This document shows, piece after piece, positions 1 to 9,443 of a stretch of DNA of 43,540 nt. The DNA comes from a virus (Duplodnaviria; Caudoviricetes), in the IMG/VR virus record IMGVR_UViG_3300033420_000011, positions 1 to 43,540 of that record; one strand, written 5' to 3'. The notes beneath the pieces were generated by a model that was not told the origin of the DNA, searched no databases, and was given only the letters and a program-made list of their open reading frames with translations. The number at the start of each line of letters is the position of its first letter. Within the stretch, counting starts at the first letter, position 1. The position numbers and the translations under genes were made by a program.

Positions 1-299
1 TGCAAGTACACTATTTGTTCATACGTTAAAGATCCTTTTAGTGGCTTTATTTCAATATTTACTACCTTAGTTCCTATATATAGTATAATATCACTCATTC
101 CTTTATTAGAGTTAGGACGCAATCGACCTTGACTTGTCATTACGCCGACACTTTCAATTTTTTTGTGAAAAAATAAACTTTTTTTAAGCCTACAAATGAC
201 ATAGTCTTGTACTTCTTTTTCAGTCACAAGTTTATGTTCAGCTTTTTCATCTGGTGTTAACAAGCTTTTTAGTAATGATATCATGCTAGTTTTTTTCAT
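1..299 (-). CDS. Second VRR-NUC family nuclease, 3' end runs off the window (not in ORF track)
   Basis: Manual translation from ATG at 299 (AGGGG upstream): MKKTSMISLLKSLLTPDEKAEHKLVTEKEVQDYVICRLKKSLFFHKKIESVGVMTSQGRLRPNSNKGMSDIILYIGTKVVNIEIKPLKGSLTYEQIVYL; E..Q / KGxSD / ExK..G.LT..Q pattern aligns with the neighbouring VRR-NUC. Confidence 0.85.
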   Translation of the reverse strand, partial: MKKTSMISLLKSLLTPDEKAEHKLVTEKEVQDYVICRLKKSLFFHKKIESVGVMTSQGRLRPNSNKGMSDIILYIGTKVVNIEIKPLKGSLTYEQIVYL

Positions 300-314
300 A
301 AAAACCCCTATATT

Positions 315-695
315 TCAATCAAAATAATCTATATTTTGTAATGTTCTTGACGCTGATAATCCTGCTAAAATACGTTTTAAGCCCTCCAAAGAACAACAAA
401 CACAAGCATAATTTGCGTTAGAATGTGCGTTAATGTTTAAAATAAATGCTTTTTGATGTGCTGTTAATTTCCCATCTTTTGCCTTTAATTCAACAAAAAA
501 TATCTTTTCTCTAGTTACAATCATTAAATCACTAAATCCTTTATGCGAATTTGTTCTTACTGCATATGAATTAGTTGCGACGGGAGTGCTTTCTACTCTA
601 ACGTAGTATATTCCTTCTGCTTTCAGATATTTAACGATCTGATTTTGAATCTTTTTTTCATTTAGCCTGTCAAAAATAGTATCTTTTTTTTGCAT
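315..695 (-). CDS. VRR-NUC family nuclease (Holliday-junction resolvase-like)
   Basis: EKKIQ...KGFSDL...FVELKAKDGKLTAHQ is the typical VRR-NUC PD-(D/E)XK signature. Confidence 0.88.
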   Translation of the reverse strand: MQKKDTIFDRLNEKKIQNQIVKYLKAEGIYYVRVESTPVATNSYAVRTNSHKGFSDLMIVTREKIFFVELKAKDGKLTAHQKAFILNINAHSNANYACVCCSLEGLKRILAGLSASRTLQNIDYFD

Positions 696-1531
696 TATAA
701 AACCTCATTTACTTTTTCCGTGTAGTTATTTAGATTGCATTTACTATAATATTCACACGATTGACCATACATATTTACGCAATTATTAAAATTGCAATAA
801 AACTCTTTTGTCTCTCTGATTTTTGCTAATATTAAGTCAAGATATTCAGTATATTGCTCGTCATATTTTGCTTTAATAATGCGATAGAAATTCTCGATCT
901 TGTTTTCTTTTGAGTCTAAAATCCTATTAGCAAACTCGAGAGGATTAGTATCTTTTTTTGTGAGTTTATGCGAGGTTTTTAATAGTTCAAAATGCATTAA
1001 ATAATCAACATGATAACCGCAAGTGATAGCATAATAGTTCATTTGCAAATCATTCTGTAATGAGGATAGTTTTTTGTTTTCAAAAGTAGAACAAGTTTTG
1101 TAATCTAAAACAACTGAATATTCAGGTGTTGTAAAATACACATCGAGAACTGAGTTATTCGCTAATTTTTCTTCAGTTTTAAATATTCTAATATTCAATA
1201 ATTTATTTTTATAAGCATGCACTATGCATAATGCGTGGATATAAAATTTTGCAATGTATTCATCTGTCGAAAACGCAAAATAATCTCTATCTTCTGCTAA
1301 GATGCCAGATAAAATCTCTAAAAAATCTTGATACAATAATGTAAAGTCAGAATTATTCACTATAAGCGTGCTGTAATAGCGCGCTATTTCGTGAGTAATA
1401 CTACCATAATACAAATTTGCGAGATTATTCTCAGTATCTTTATCTTTTTCACTGCGTAATATATAACGATGTTTAAATTTCGCTGGACATTCAAAAAAAG
1501 TCTTAATTCCATTGTGAGATATTATCATCAT
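695..1531 (-). CDS. Cas4/AddB-like PD-(D/E)XK exonuclease
   Basis: ISHNGIKTFFECP, YGSITHE, D..DYKT, LQMNYY and a C-terminal Cys cluster (probable Fe-S); start moved to ATG 1531 behind AGGAG. Confidence 0.85.
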   Translation of the reverse strand: MMIISHNGIKTFFECPAKFKHRYILRSEKDKDTENNLANLYYGSITHEIARYYSTLIVNNSDFTLLYQDFLEILSGILAEDRDYFAFSTDEYIAKFYIHALCIVHAYKNKLLNIRIFKTEEKLANNSVLDVYFTTPEYSVVLDYKTCSTFENKKLSSLQNDLQMNYYAITCGYHVDYLMHFELLKTSHKLTKKDTNPLEFANRILDSKENKIENFYRIIKAKYDEQYTEYLDLILAKIRETKEFYCNFNNCVNMYGQSCEYYSKCNLNNYTEKVNEVL

Positions 1532-2538
1532 CTTTGCTCCTTTAAAACTGCATTTACATAGTCGTAACAATATCTACACATATTAGCTCTTATTCTATTT
1601 ACAGGTATTTTTTTGTGAAAGTCTTGAAACAAAGTAGTGATATCCTCTTTTGTTCCAGAGGTAGTCTCTAAATATTCCTTCACGTCTGAATTTTTCGTCT
1701 TTTCATCGTCAAAAATAGAGTGAAATATTTCTAAATGTATTTTATTTTCTCTGTTGAAATACTCGAAAATATAAGCACCTTTTATTAGAGTTTTCTTCTC
1801 GACTTCTGCAAAAGGACTGTTATGCAAGCTTTTGCTAAACTCGGCAACTTCTTTTACTATCGTACTGTTTTTTAGCCAAGTCTCATTTTGTGCAACATCT
1901 TTTAGTATCTTTATTATTAGCATCTTATGACTATTATTAGAGCTATCATATAAAGGCGTAAATTGATTTACTTCTTGTTTTATTTCTTGATTTACTTCTT
2001 GTTTTATTTCTTGATTTACTTCTTGTTTTATTTCTTGATTTTTAGCTGCTATATTAGACTTTTTTATCTCCGTCTCATAATCAGCAACAGCATCCTCTTC
2101 GTAAGGAAAGCCTATAAAAGCGAGTGTTGCCCTGCGTTTTGCTTTTGTTTCGACACTCATTAGTTTATTAGCAAGTTCTAAGCCTGTCATGCGTACAATT
2201 TCTTTTCTGTCATTATACTTCCCACAAAAAACGCAAGCTGTAGCACTCTCTGAGCGTGAGGAGTCTGACACTTTTGCCGTAATTGTATATATTAGCGTGT
2301 CTTTGTCAAAATCTTTAGCATCAATATCTCTTGATAGATTACGGATATTTGCGATTTGATCACATCCATTTTTCGTTAGATATAATTTCTCTTGATTTTG
2401 AAATGCGATGAAATTAAAAGGCAAAAGAGCAGGATTCAGCCCATAATTATCGCATATATTCTTTAGCAAGTCTGCTTTTTCTTGCTTGTTCAAATGGCTA
2501 GTACAACCATTTGAGGTTAAAAATTCATTTATATTCAT
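1528..2538 (-). CDS. RecT/Bet-like single-strand annealing protein
   Basis: GLNP...LYLTKNG...MSVETKAKRRATLAFIG; adjacent to the exonuclease. Confidence 0.7.
   Translation of the reverse strand: MNINEFLTSNGCTSHLNKQEKADLLKNICDNYGLNPALLPFNFIAFQNQEKLYLTKNGCDQIANIRNLSRDIDAKDFDKDTLIYTITAKVSDSSRSESATACVFCGKYNDRKEIVRMTGLELANKLMSVETKAKRRATLAFIGFPYEEDAVADYETEIKKSNIAAKNQEIKQEVNQEIKQEVNQEIKQEVNQFTPLYDSSNNSHKMLIIKILKDVAQNETWLKNSTIVKEVAEFSKSLHNSPFAEVEKKTLIKGAYIFEYFNRENKIHLEIFHSIFDDEKTKNSDVKEYLETTSGTKEDITTLFQDFHKKIPVNRIRANMCRYCYDYVNAVLKEQR
1962..2040. repeat. 24-bp tandem repeat (~3.3 copies) encoding NQEIKQEV
   Basis: TTGATTTACTTCTTGTTTTATTTC-type unit repeated in the linker of the annealase gene. Confidence 0.95.
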
Positions 2539-2559
2539 TTTTTTCTCTCTTTCTTATAG

Positions 2560-2958
2560 TTAAAAAGGAACATCCGCTTCAAATTTTCTGAGAAATTTGA
2601 TTGAAACAAGATTTTTATATGTTTTTCCTGTGTTTTCGCTAAAAGTTTCTTTAAATTTGTATTGCACAACACAAGATAGCATGCTTTTTGCAACTTCTAG
2701 CACGTCGCTATATTTCTCTTTGGACGTCGCTCCGCAAAGAGAATAAAGAGTATTAAATATATTCACTGCGGTCATTTTCTTTCTTATTTCAGAGTCAGAA
2801 ACTCCAGCTAAATTAATATATACACTATTATTATTTATCGTAAAAACAATCGAGCTTCTACCCTCGCTTGTTATTTGCTTTATTTCTGACAAGATTGCTT
2901 CGCCTTCTAAATCTAGAGGCTGAACAACAGCATTCATATACTCATTGATGTAATCCAT
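2560..2958 (-). CDS. Putative single-stranded DNA-binding protein
   Basis: Small beta-rich protein ending EADVPF, first gene of the recombination operon, strong AAGGAG RBS. Confidence 0.5.
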   Translation of the reverse strand: MDYINEYMNAVVQPLDLEGEAILSEIKQITSEGRSSIVFTINNNSVYINLAGVSDSEIRKKMTAVNIFNTLYSLCGATSKEKYSDVLEVAKSMLSCVVQYKFKETFSENTGKTYKNLVSIKFLRKFEADVPF

Positions 2959-2999
2959 TTTTTTCTCCTTCCAAGAAAAGTTAGTTAACGTGTATTCTT

Positions 3000-3028
3000 A
3001 TAATAGTATATTATTTTAGTCGTGTCAA
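3000..3028 (-). promoter_or_regulatory. Sigma70-type promoter for the SSB/annealase/nuclease operon
   Basis: TTGACA (3028-3023), 17 bp, TATTAT (3005-3000). Confidence 0.65.
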
Positions 3029-3103
3029 CTTGACTATCGAATTATTTTATAATATAGCCAATGATATTTATTGCCTAAAAATCAACTACTAATTTTTTTC
3101 TAA

Positions 3104-4393
3104 TTATTTAATAACCTTATCAATAATTTTCATTTTTTCTATTAGTATACTATTAATTTCTTTGTCAATCTGTCGACAATTTGGCACCGTAATATTAATT
3201 ATATGCACATATTTCGTTTTATCCGCTCCGATGCGGTGATGCCTTTTTTCCGCTTGCAGATTATCAGACGGCACATAAGAGAGGTCGTTTATTATCATAT
3301 GATTAGCATTAGTGAGCGTAAAACCAACGCTTAAAGCTCCAATCGTGCCAATAATAATATCCAGCTCGCCATTTTGGAACTCTTTAACAATCTTGTTTCT
3401 ATTTTCTGTTGTAATATCGCCAGTAATCACACCATAAGTAATATTATTTTTAGCACAATATTCAGCCACTCGCTCACAAACATTTTTGAAACAGCTGAAA
3501 AAAATTATTTGCTCTTTGTTTTCGCTATTTTCTCTTATCTCCTCAATCTTTTTTATGCTTATGTTCGTTTTCGCTACAGATATAGCTTTTCTAAGCGTTG
3601 TATGGTTTGCTAAAGCAAAGATATCCCGCTCTGTCAAAACCGCCTGTAATTCGATATCTGCTAGCATTTCTTTGATAATCTTAGCGTCTGCCACACTCGC
3701 AAAATCATGAGACTCTAATCGCACCAATTGAGGCAATTCAATATCTCGGTTCTCAAAACGAATATAAAAATATCGCATATGCCGATTTAATTCCTCTTCG
3801 TTTTTAAGACCTTCAAATGAGCGTATTTTAAGCGTGCCAAAAAACTTTTCCACATAATTAGCAAATTTGTTGCAAAATTCCCAATACTTTATCTTAGAAT
3901 TAAAGCACACTTTATAAAACACAAATAAATCCTCTATTTTGTTTTTAATCGGTGTGCCTGTCAGAAATAATACCTTATTAGCATTCATAATATAAGGCAA
4001 AATAAACTTTGTGACTCCAGCTCGTATATTTTTAATAATATGTGCCTCATCACAAACAATATAATCATACATTTTAATATATTTTTCATATTTTTTTAAA
4101 CTCATATACGAAATAATCGCAATATCACAATCATTGATAGCATATACGCCTAATTGTTTTGTTATTTTCACAGTTAAATCATTGATAAATATCTTATACT
4201 TGCAATCGCCCCATTTTAATATCTCATAATACCAATTTAATTTCAAAGATGTTGGCACTACCACTAAAACTTTTCTATTTGCAAAAGTCTTAATTGCACA
4301 TAGCGTTTTACCCGTTCCCATTTGATTAGCACATAAAACACGCTCATTATTTGCGATAAAATCAATAGTTTTTTTTTGAAAATCATAAATCAT
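3104..4393 (-). CDS. SNF2-family (SF2) helicase
   Basis: MGTGKT, VVVPTSLKLNW, CDEAH, LTGTPIKN, GFTLTNA, QAEKRHHRIG. Confidence 0.95.
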   Translation of the reverse strand: MIYDFQKKTIDFIANNERVLCANQMGTGKTLCAIKTFANRKVLVVVPTSLKLNWYYEILKWGDCKYKIFINDLTVKITKQLGVYAINDCDIAIISYMSLKKYEKYIKMYDYIVCDEAHIIKNIRAGVTKFILPYIMNANKVLFLTGTPIKNKIEDLFVFYKVCFNSKIKYWEFCNKFANYVEKFFGTLKIRSFEGLKNEEELNRHMRYFYIRFENRDIELPQLVRLESHDFASVADAKIIKEMLADIELQAVLTERDIFALANHTTLRKAISVAKTNISIKKIEEIRENSENKEQIIFFSCFKNVCERVAEYCAKNNITYGVITGDITTENRNKIVKEFQNGELDIIIGTIGALSVGFTLTNANHMIINDLSYVPSDNLQAEKRHHRIGADKTKYVHIINITVPNCRQIDKEINSILIEKMKIIDKVIK

Positions 4394-4447
4394 AAAATAT
4401 TAGTCCTTAAATAGTTGTATATTATTGAATTTCTTTTTTTAATTCTT

Positions 4448-6898
4448 TCATATATTTTTTTTCCATTTTTTTCCTTTAATTGGTTCTGCTTTGCTTTCAA
4501 GAAACATGGAAATACAGTTTCTCACATCTGTTGTTTTATGCTTTTGTAATGATCGACTATTTTTTATAAAGTCACTAACATAAAACTCGTTTTTTAATTT
4601 TGCATACACAGACTCGACTTCTTCTAATATTTTTATATTTATTTTTTCTACTTCATTATTTGGCTCGTTTTCATTTTCTTTTATTATTTTTGTAAATTCT
4701 AATATACTATTTGTATTATATTTACAGCATAAGGGATAGAAATTACTATCATAATCTATAACTTTATCTTGTATAATATATTTTAGACAATAAATTTTGT
4801 TTGAGAATAATATGCGTCTTGCATATATATCTTGATTATTAATTTCTATTGACTCCTCGTGAATTTGCTTAAAAATAGCAGCACAACCAGTAGTAATATT
4901 ATATTTTTTTTCTTGTCCTTTTAACGAAATTCGTGAATACTCTTTATTTAATTCATCTGTGCTTTTTTTAATTTTTATCATTTTACCTTTTACTTCTTCA
5001 TATTTATAGAGATTAACCTTTTTCTCTAATTCTTCACAATCAAAATCTTTATACTTATTAATTAATTTGCTTATATTTATTAATATATTTTCATTTATTT
5101 TATTATCATCCTTAAATATTTCTTGACTAATATTAGTATTATTATATTTTTCTAAATAATCAAATGATAAATTTTTTTTTTCTTCTACTCGCTCGCCTAT
5201 TTTAATGTGTTTTATTCTTGATAAACCACCTCCTTTAGGGTTTACATCAATAATATCCTTAAAAGTATTGAACATTAATAAAGATGTGCTAATGCCATCA
5301 ACAGCATATAACGTCCCATTAGTTATTGACCCACCTTCGCCTTTTTGAGAACAAAATTTACCAAAATTTTCTTGAAATTCTAAGCCTAATTGCATCGCAT
5401 TACCGCTTATTTTTTTATTTTCATTATTATATAAATACTTTATAGCATCGTGCTTAAAACTTTCATCATAAATTACAATATTATTACGTTTTGTAGGTAA
5501 ATACAAATATGCACGATACTTTTGCACCGACGCTAAAGTTTTATTAAAAAAAGCTATGTTTTTTATATAAGGCGATTGTGTGTTTTGATAATTAAAGTTA
5601 TATAAAATATCAATAACTACATCAAGAATTGCACTTTTTCCTGTAAAAGCATTGCCAATACATGCAAAAAACTGATGAAATGTTATTTTAAAATTCTTTC
5701 CACAATCAATATAAACAATATTTTGCAATAAAACACCAATAATAAATATTGCTAATTCCAAAGCTACAATATCATTATTTTGCTTTTTTCCTAAGCAACT
5801 CTTAATATATTCAACTAGCTCAATAAAATATTCTGGCATTTCTTTTAAATATTCTATATAAAATAATTTATTTATATCTTCTTCTTCTTCTTCTTCTTCT
5901 TCTTTTGTCTCTTCAACTTCTTTTATCTCTTCAATTTTTTTTGTATTATCTAAATAAAAATCACTCAAATCTTTTGATGTATATAAATAATGATACCAAA
6001 TAAATAAGCAGTTTGCTTGAACCGTATGCGTTTTTTTAGATTCTCTATCATATTTTTTGCTCTCAATTTCTCTATTAAATGCGGTATTTTTCAAATCACA
6101 CGGCACCCGACTACAAAAATTTAAAAACATTTCTTTTTCATTATTAACCGAACAGATAAATAAAATCTTTAGCCAATATGAGTAGTTAGTTTCATTTATT
6201 GCACTTAAAAAACACCTCAATCCATAGTTTTCTATATATTCAACAAAGCTATCAAGATACTCTTTTAATTGCGTAGGAGGTGTTTCATTAGTATTTACTT
6301 GTATAATTTCATCTTTCGTTGGCTTTTTAATTTCATTACGCTCTAAAAAAAATAGCAACTCTTCTAATAAGTCTTGACTTATTTCTTTTATTGCTTTATC
6401 ACTACTAATGGGCATATACTTTTTATTATTGATCTGATTAGGTACAGTAATAACAATATGTTCGCTGTACGTAAATTTATTAAAAATATCCACCGCAAAT
6501 GTGATATTTTTATCAAGGAGGTCTATTTCACAAAAATAGGCCTTTTTTTTGAGCTTTTTTTCAAACGCAAGTAATAGTTCATCTGAGCAGAAAAATATCA
6601 AATGCAAACCATCAGACTTTGTTTTTTCTGTGTAAATTTCCTCCTCGATAGCAAGCCCAGTTGAGCCTGCAAGCAGGGACAAGACTTCTGAGCTTGAGGC
6701 TTGCTCGCCTTCTGTCGATTTCGTGTCTATATCAATGCACATTAGATTAGAACTCTCATCAATTACAAGGCATTGATTTGGCTGAATAAACTCAACGCTT
6801 GCGGGGACTATTACTTCAGTCCCTTTTTTCTGATTATATTGCACTTTGCTTTTATCTAAAAAAGTGCTAAATTCTCGCAGTTTAATCGTTCTTGCCAT
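4448..6898 (-). CDS. Primase-polymerase (AEP/Prim-Pol) fused to a P-loop helicase domain
   Basis: N-terminal CIDID...TKSDGLHLIF, PriCT-like YSYWLKI, Walker A GNAFTGKS and Walker B IVIYDE; start placed at ATG 6898 behind GGAG. Confidence 0.8.
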   Translation of the reverse strand: MARTIKLREFSTFLDKSKVQYNQKKGTEVIVPASVEFIQPNQCLVIDESSNLMCIDIDTKSTEGEQASSSEVLSLLAGSTGLAIEEEIYTEKTKSDGLHLIFFCSDELLLAFEKKLKKKAYFCEIDLLDKNITFAVDIFNKFTYSEHIVITVPNQINNKKYMPISSDKAIKEISQDLLEELLFFLERNEIKKPTKDEIIQVNTNETPPTQLKEYLDSFVEYIENYGLRCFLSAINETNYSYWLKILFICSVNNEKEMFLNFCSRVPCDLKNTAFNREIESKKYDRESKKTHTVQANCLFIWYHYLYTSKDLSDFYLDNTKKIEEIKEVEETKEEEEEEEEDINKLFYIEYLKEMPEYFIELVEYIKSCLGKKQNNDIVALELAIFIIGVLLQNIVYIDCGKNFKITFHQFFACIGNAFTGKSAILDVVIDILYNFNYQNTQSPYIKNIAFFNKTLASVQKYRAYLYLPTKRNNIVIYDESFKHDAIKYLYNNENKKISGNAMQLGLEFQENFGKFCSQKGEGGSITNGTLYAVDGISTSLLMFNTFKDIIDVNPKGGGLSRIKHIKIGERVEEKKNLSFDYLEKYNNTNISQEIFKDDNKINENILINISKLINKYKDFDCEELEKKVNLYKYEEVKGKMIKIKKSTDELNKEYSRISLKGQEKKYNITTGCAAIFKQIHEESIEINNQDIYARRILFSNKIYCLKYIIQDKVIDYDSNFYPLCCKYNTNSILEFTKIIKENENEPNNEVEKINIKILEEVESVYAKLKNEFYVSDFIKNSRSLQKHKTTDVRNCISMFLESKAEPIKGKKWKKNI
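5876..5903. repeat. (TTC)n microsatellite encoding a poly-Glu linker
   Basis: About eight consecutive GAA codons on the minus strand in the primase interdomain linker. Confidence 0.9.
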
Positions 6899-7055
6899 TC
6901 TTTTCTCCACCTTTTACCGCCTCTAATAATATTATTCTCATAGCCTGCAGGGGGGTAAGCCCCTTTTTTTTGCAATATTCTTCAAATAATGTCCACTCTT
7001 CCCGCTTAAGAAAATAGAAACAAAAATTTTTATACAAACCTCTATTCCAAACCAT
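6882..7055 (-). CDS. Small ribbon-helix-helix (CopG/Arc-like) regulator, 57 aa (not in ORF track)
   Basis: AGGAGGTG RBS; MVWNRGLYKNFCFYFLKREEWTLFEEYCKKKGLTPLQAMRIILLEAVKGGEKNGKND shows a strand-helix-G-helix pattern; overlaps the primase start. Confidence 0.75.
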   Translation of the reverse strand: MVWNRGLYKNFCFYFLKREEWTLFEEYCKKKGLTPLQAMRIILLEAVKGGEKNGKND

Positions 7056-7085
7056 TACACCTCCTGATTTTTTAAGTCTCTAATA

Positions 7086-7114
7086 AGGATATATAGATAC
7101 CTTTCTGTTGTCAA
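7086..7114 (-). promoter_or_regulatory. Sigma70-type promoter for RHH-primase-helicase operon
   Basis: TTGACA (7114-7109), 17 bp, TATCCT (7091-7086). Confidence 0.65.
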
Positions 7115-7245
7115 GCGGCTAAGGGAGAAATCCTTAAAGAGGATTTAACTAAGAGACAGAAAAAATCCTCTAAAATTTTTTGTCGGAAAAAAAGTTAACC
7201 ACAATTTATAAGAACAAAAAAAAATTTGAGAGAGATTTCTTTTTT

Positions 7246-7585
7246 TTTACGACAATTTTTCCGACGTTTTTCCGACAGATTTATTGAGGCAGATATCTTA
7301 CTCTCACAAAGATAAAAAAAAATATTCGAGGTTTTTCCGACTTTCCGACGCTTTTAAAGGGAATAGGAGGAAGACCACACACACACCCTCACACATACGC
7401 GCACATAATTAATTAATAATAAATACTTATTTATTAATACCGTACATACGGGGATTCGTACCCTCCCCCCTATACGGTCTCTTTAAGAGAAGTGTCGGAA
7501 AGTCGGAAAATTTTTTTTATTTATACGAGAGTAAGACAACTACTCAAAAGAACGCTGTCGCAAAATGTCGTATAGTGTCGCAAAC
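7246..7585. repeat. Long imperfect inverted repeat with TTCCGAC/GTCGGAA units; putative replication origin
   Basis: Arm 7246-7373 is an imperfect reverse complement of 7463-7585 (e.g. TCTTACTCTC / GAGAGTAAGA and TTTTCCGACTTTCCGAC / GTCGGAAAGTCGGAAAA) around an AT-rich core; next to the primase gene. Confidence 0.7.
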
Positions 7586-8009
7586 TTTTTAAGTGTATAA
7601 TTTATTATTGATTTTAACGAGGTTTAGAACACATTAAATAAAATAGATAAAATCTTATAAATTTTAATTTTTTTTGTCGTTTTTTTTGTCTTTTCTGTTT
7701 AATAAAAAAAGAAACAATAATAAATAATGAATAAAAACCGCTATAAATAATTTCCGACAATGTTTTTTCTAAGTCCCTTTTTTTTAACGCAAATCGTCAA
7801 AAAAGATCAAATTTTCTTGCGACAAATTTTTTTTCTGATTCCTAAAAACAATTCTAGGATATAAACCGACCCTTTCAGCTCGATTAGTGGTTTTGCATAC
7901 GTTAGTATAGAAAATAAAAAAACAAAGTGAATTTAATACCAAAGAACGCTTTTTTAAGGGAATGATTAGCACATTCACCATACACAAAGCAACCACAATA
8001 TTTTTCCAT

Positions 8010-8047
8010 TGTCAATATTGACTTTATGCTTTGTTTTACATAATAAT
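8010..8047 (+). promoter_or_regulatory. Probable promoter for the modification cluster, overlapping palindrome GTCAATATTGAC
   Basis: TTGACT 8018-8023 followed by TAATAAT at 8041-8047; the -10 is imperfect. Confidence 0.45.
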
Positions 8048-8091
8048 CATAATAGACTTATAATTATAAGCATTTAGTAAGGAAACTACCT

Positions 8092-8589
8092 ATGAACATT
8101 TGTCTAGTGCCAATCGAAGAAGTGCAAGAAGCAAGCTATAATCCTCGCAGAATATCAGCATATGAATTAGCGGGATTAGTAGAGTCAATTCGTAATTTTG
8201 GTTGTACTCAACCGCTTATTGTGAATAAAACTACTGGTATACTTGTTGCAGGACATCAGCGATTGAAGGCGATGAAAAAGTTAGAATATAAAGAAGTTCC
8301 TGTTATATATGTAGAACTCGACAAAGTAAAAGAAAAAGCTCTAAATATAACAATGAATAATAAACATATTACTGGTGAATTTACTGACGAATTGCAAGTG
8401 ATTATTGATGAAATAAAAAATGATGTCTCTCTTGATTTTTTGATTGACCTCAATTTAGACGCTCTTATTATCGAAGAGCATAAAGAGCATAAAGAGCATA
8501 AAGAAGAACCAGAAGAACCAGAAGAACCAGAAGAAAACAAACCAGAAATAAAGATAAAGAAATGCCCTTATTGCGGGGAATCTTTGTGA
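8092..8589 (+). CDS. ParB/Sulfiredoxin-domain protein with C-terminal CPYCG knuckle
   Basis: YNPRRI...ESIRNFG..QPLIVN..LVAGHQRLKA; AAGGA RBS. Confidence 0.92.
   Translation: MNICLVPIEEVQEASYNPRRISAYELAGLVESIRNFGCTQPLIVNKTTGILVAGHQRLKAMKKLEYKEVPVIYVELDKVKEKALNITMNNKHITGEFTDELQVIIDEIKNDVSLDFLIDLNLDALIIEEHKEHKEHKEEPEEPEEPEENKPEIKIKKCPYCGESL
8475..8535 (+). repeat. Two adjacent 9-bp tandem repeats (GAGCATAAA x3, GAAGAACCA x3)
   Basis: Encode EHKEHKEHK and EEPEEPEEP in the ParB linker. Confidence 0.9.
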
Positions 8590-9443
8590 ATTTTTTGCTT
8601 TCGCTAGCACATCTAAGAGAGAAAGAAGATATTGAGAAACTGCCAGATGGTATTCTTTGGGACAGCGGGGCATTCACTTATTTTCGCACTAATGAAGTTG
8701 TGCAAATAGGAAAATTTGTACAACAAATTCAACGATTTCATAAGTTTAATAAAAAATTCGAATTTATTTCATTAGATAACATTGCTAGCTTTGAAATCAC
8801 TGAATATAATCATAAAAAAATTAAAGAAAAATTACCTCCTGATTTTCCTATTTTTCCAGTTTACAAACACACACAATCTATTGAAAAATTAAAGCAAATG
8901 CTAGATGAAAATAAGTATATTACTATTGCGGGGTTAGCAAATTTCACAAAAGTTAGAACCGATTTTTTTAAAAACAGGAACGAATTTATACAAAGAGTAG
9001 AAGAAGCAATTACAAGAGTCAACAAAAAAAGGATTCATCTGCTTGGTTATTCTAGTTTCAATCTGAAATATCAGCATCTCAATAATAAAGTATCTACTGA
9101 TTCAAGTTCTTTTCACTGCATTCAATTCGGTATTGTAGTTATTTTTGAAAATCAATATCCTCATCGAATTAGTCTATCCAGCAATCGAAAGGAGAAATTG
9201 AAGCAAGTTTTTGCTCTATGCGAACAGAATGCTTTTTTATCCATGCTCTCAAAACGTTTTCAAGAAAAAAAGATGTCATTTGTAGATTTTATCACAAATC
9301 TAAATTATTATGCTAGTATTGTATATAAAAATTTGCTTAAAGAAAAAAACAATATAGAGTATCTCTTCTCTCTTAGTAGTGGATATAAAGCAGAAATATT
9401 AAAGTTTCAAAAAATAAAGGAGTTCCTCAATGCAAGTTTCTAA
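8586..9443 (+). CDS. dpdA: DpdA-like DNA 7-deazaguanine transglycosylase (TGT fold)
   Basis: WDSGAF, FISLD, FPVYKH, IHLLG, STDSSS motifs; directly upstream of preQ0 synthesis genes; GTG start overlaps ParB stop (GTGA). Confidence 0.8.
   Translation: MNFLLSLAHLREKEDIEKLPDGILWDSGAFTYFRTNEVVQIGKFVQQIQRFHKFNKKFEFISLDNIASFEITEYNHKKIKEKLPPDFPIFPVYKHTQSIEKLKQMLDENKYITIAGLANFTKVRTDFFKNRNEFIQRVEEAITRVNKKRIHLLGYSSFNLKYQHLNNKVSTDSSSFHCIQFGIVVIFENQYPHRISLSSNRKEKLKQVFALCEQNAFLSMLSKRFQEKKMSFVDFITNLNYYASIVYKNLLKEKNNIEYLFSLSSGYKAEILKFQKIKEFLNASF

Noticed and set aside
695-1531. Cas4 as evidence of a CRISPR-Cas locus
   Set aside because: Stand-alone phage exonuclease paired with an annealase; no cas1, cas2 or array
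7784-7996. 70-aa minus-strand ORF in the intergenic region
   Set aside because: No clear RBS, homopolymer-derived composition, overlaps repeat-containing non-coding DNA
8092-8589. ParB as a plasmid partition system
   Set aside because: No ParA and no HTH after the ParB domain; context matches modification-associated ParB-like proteins
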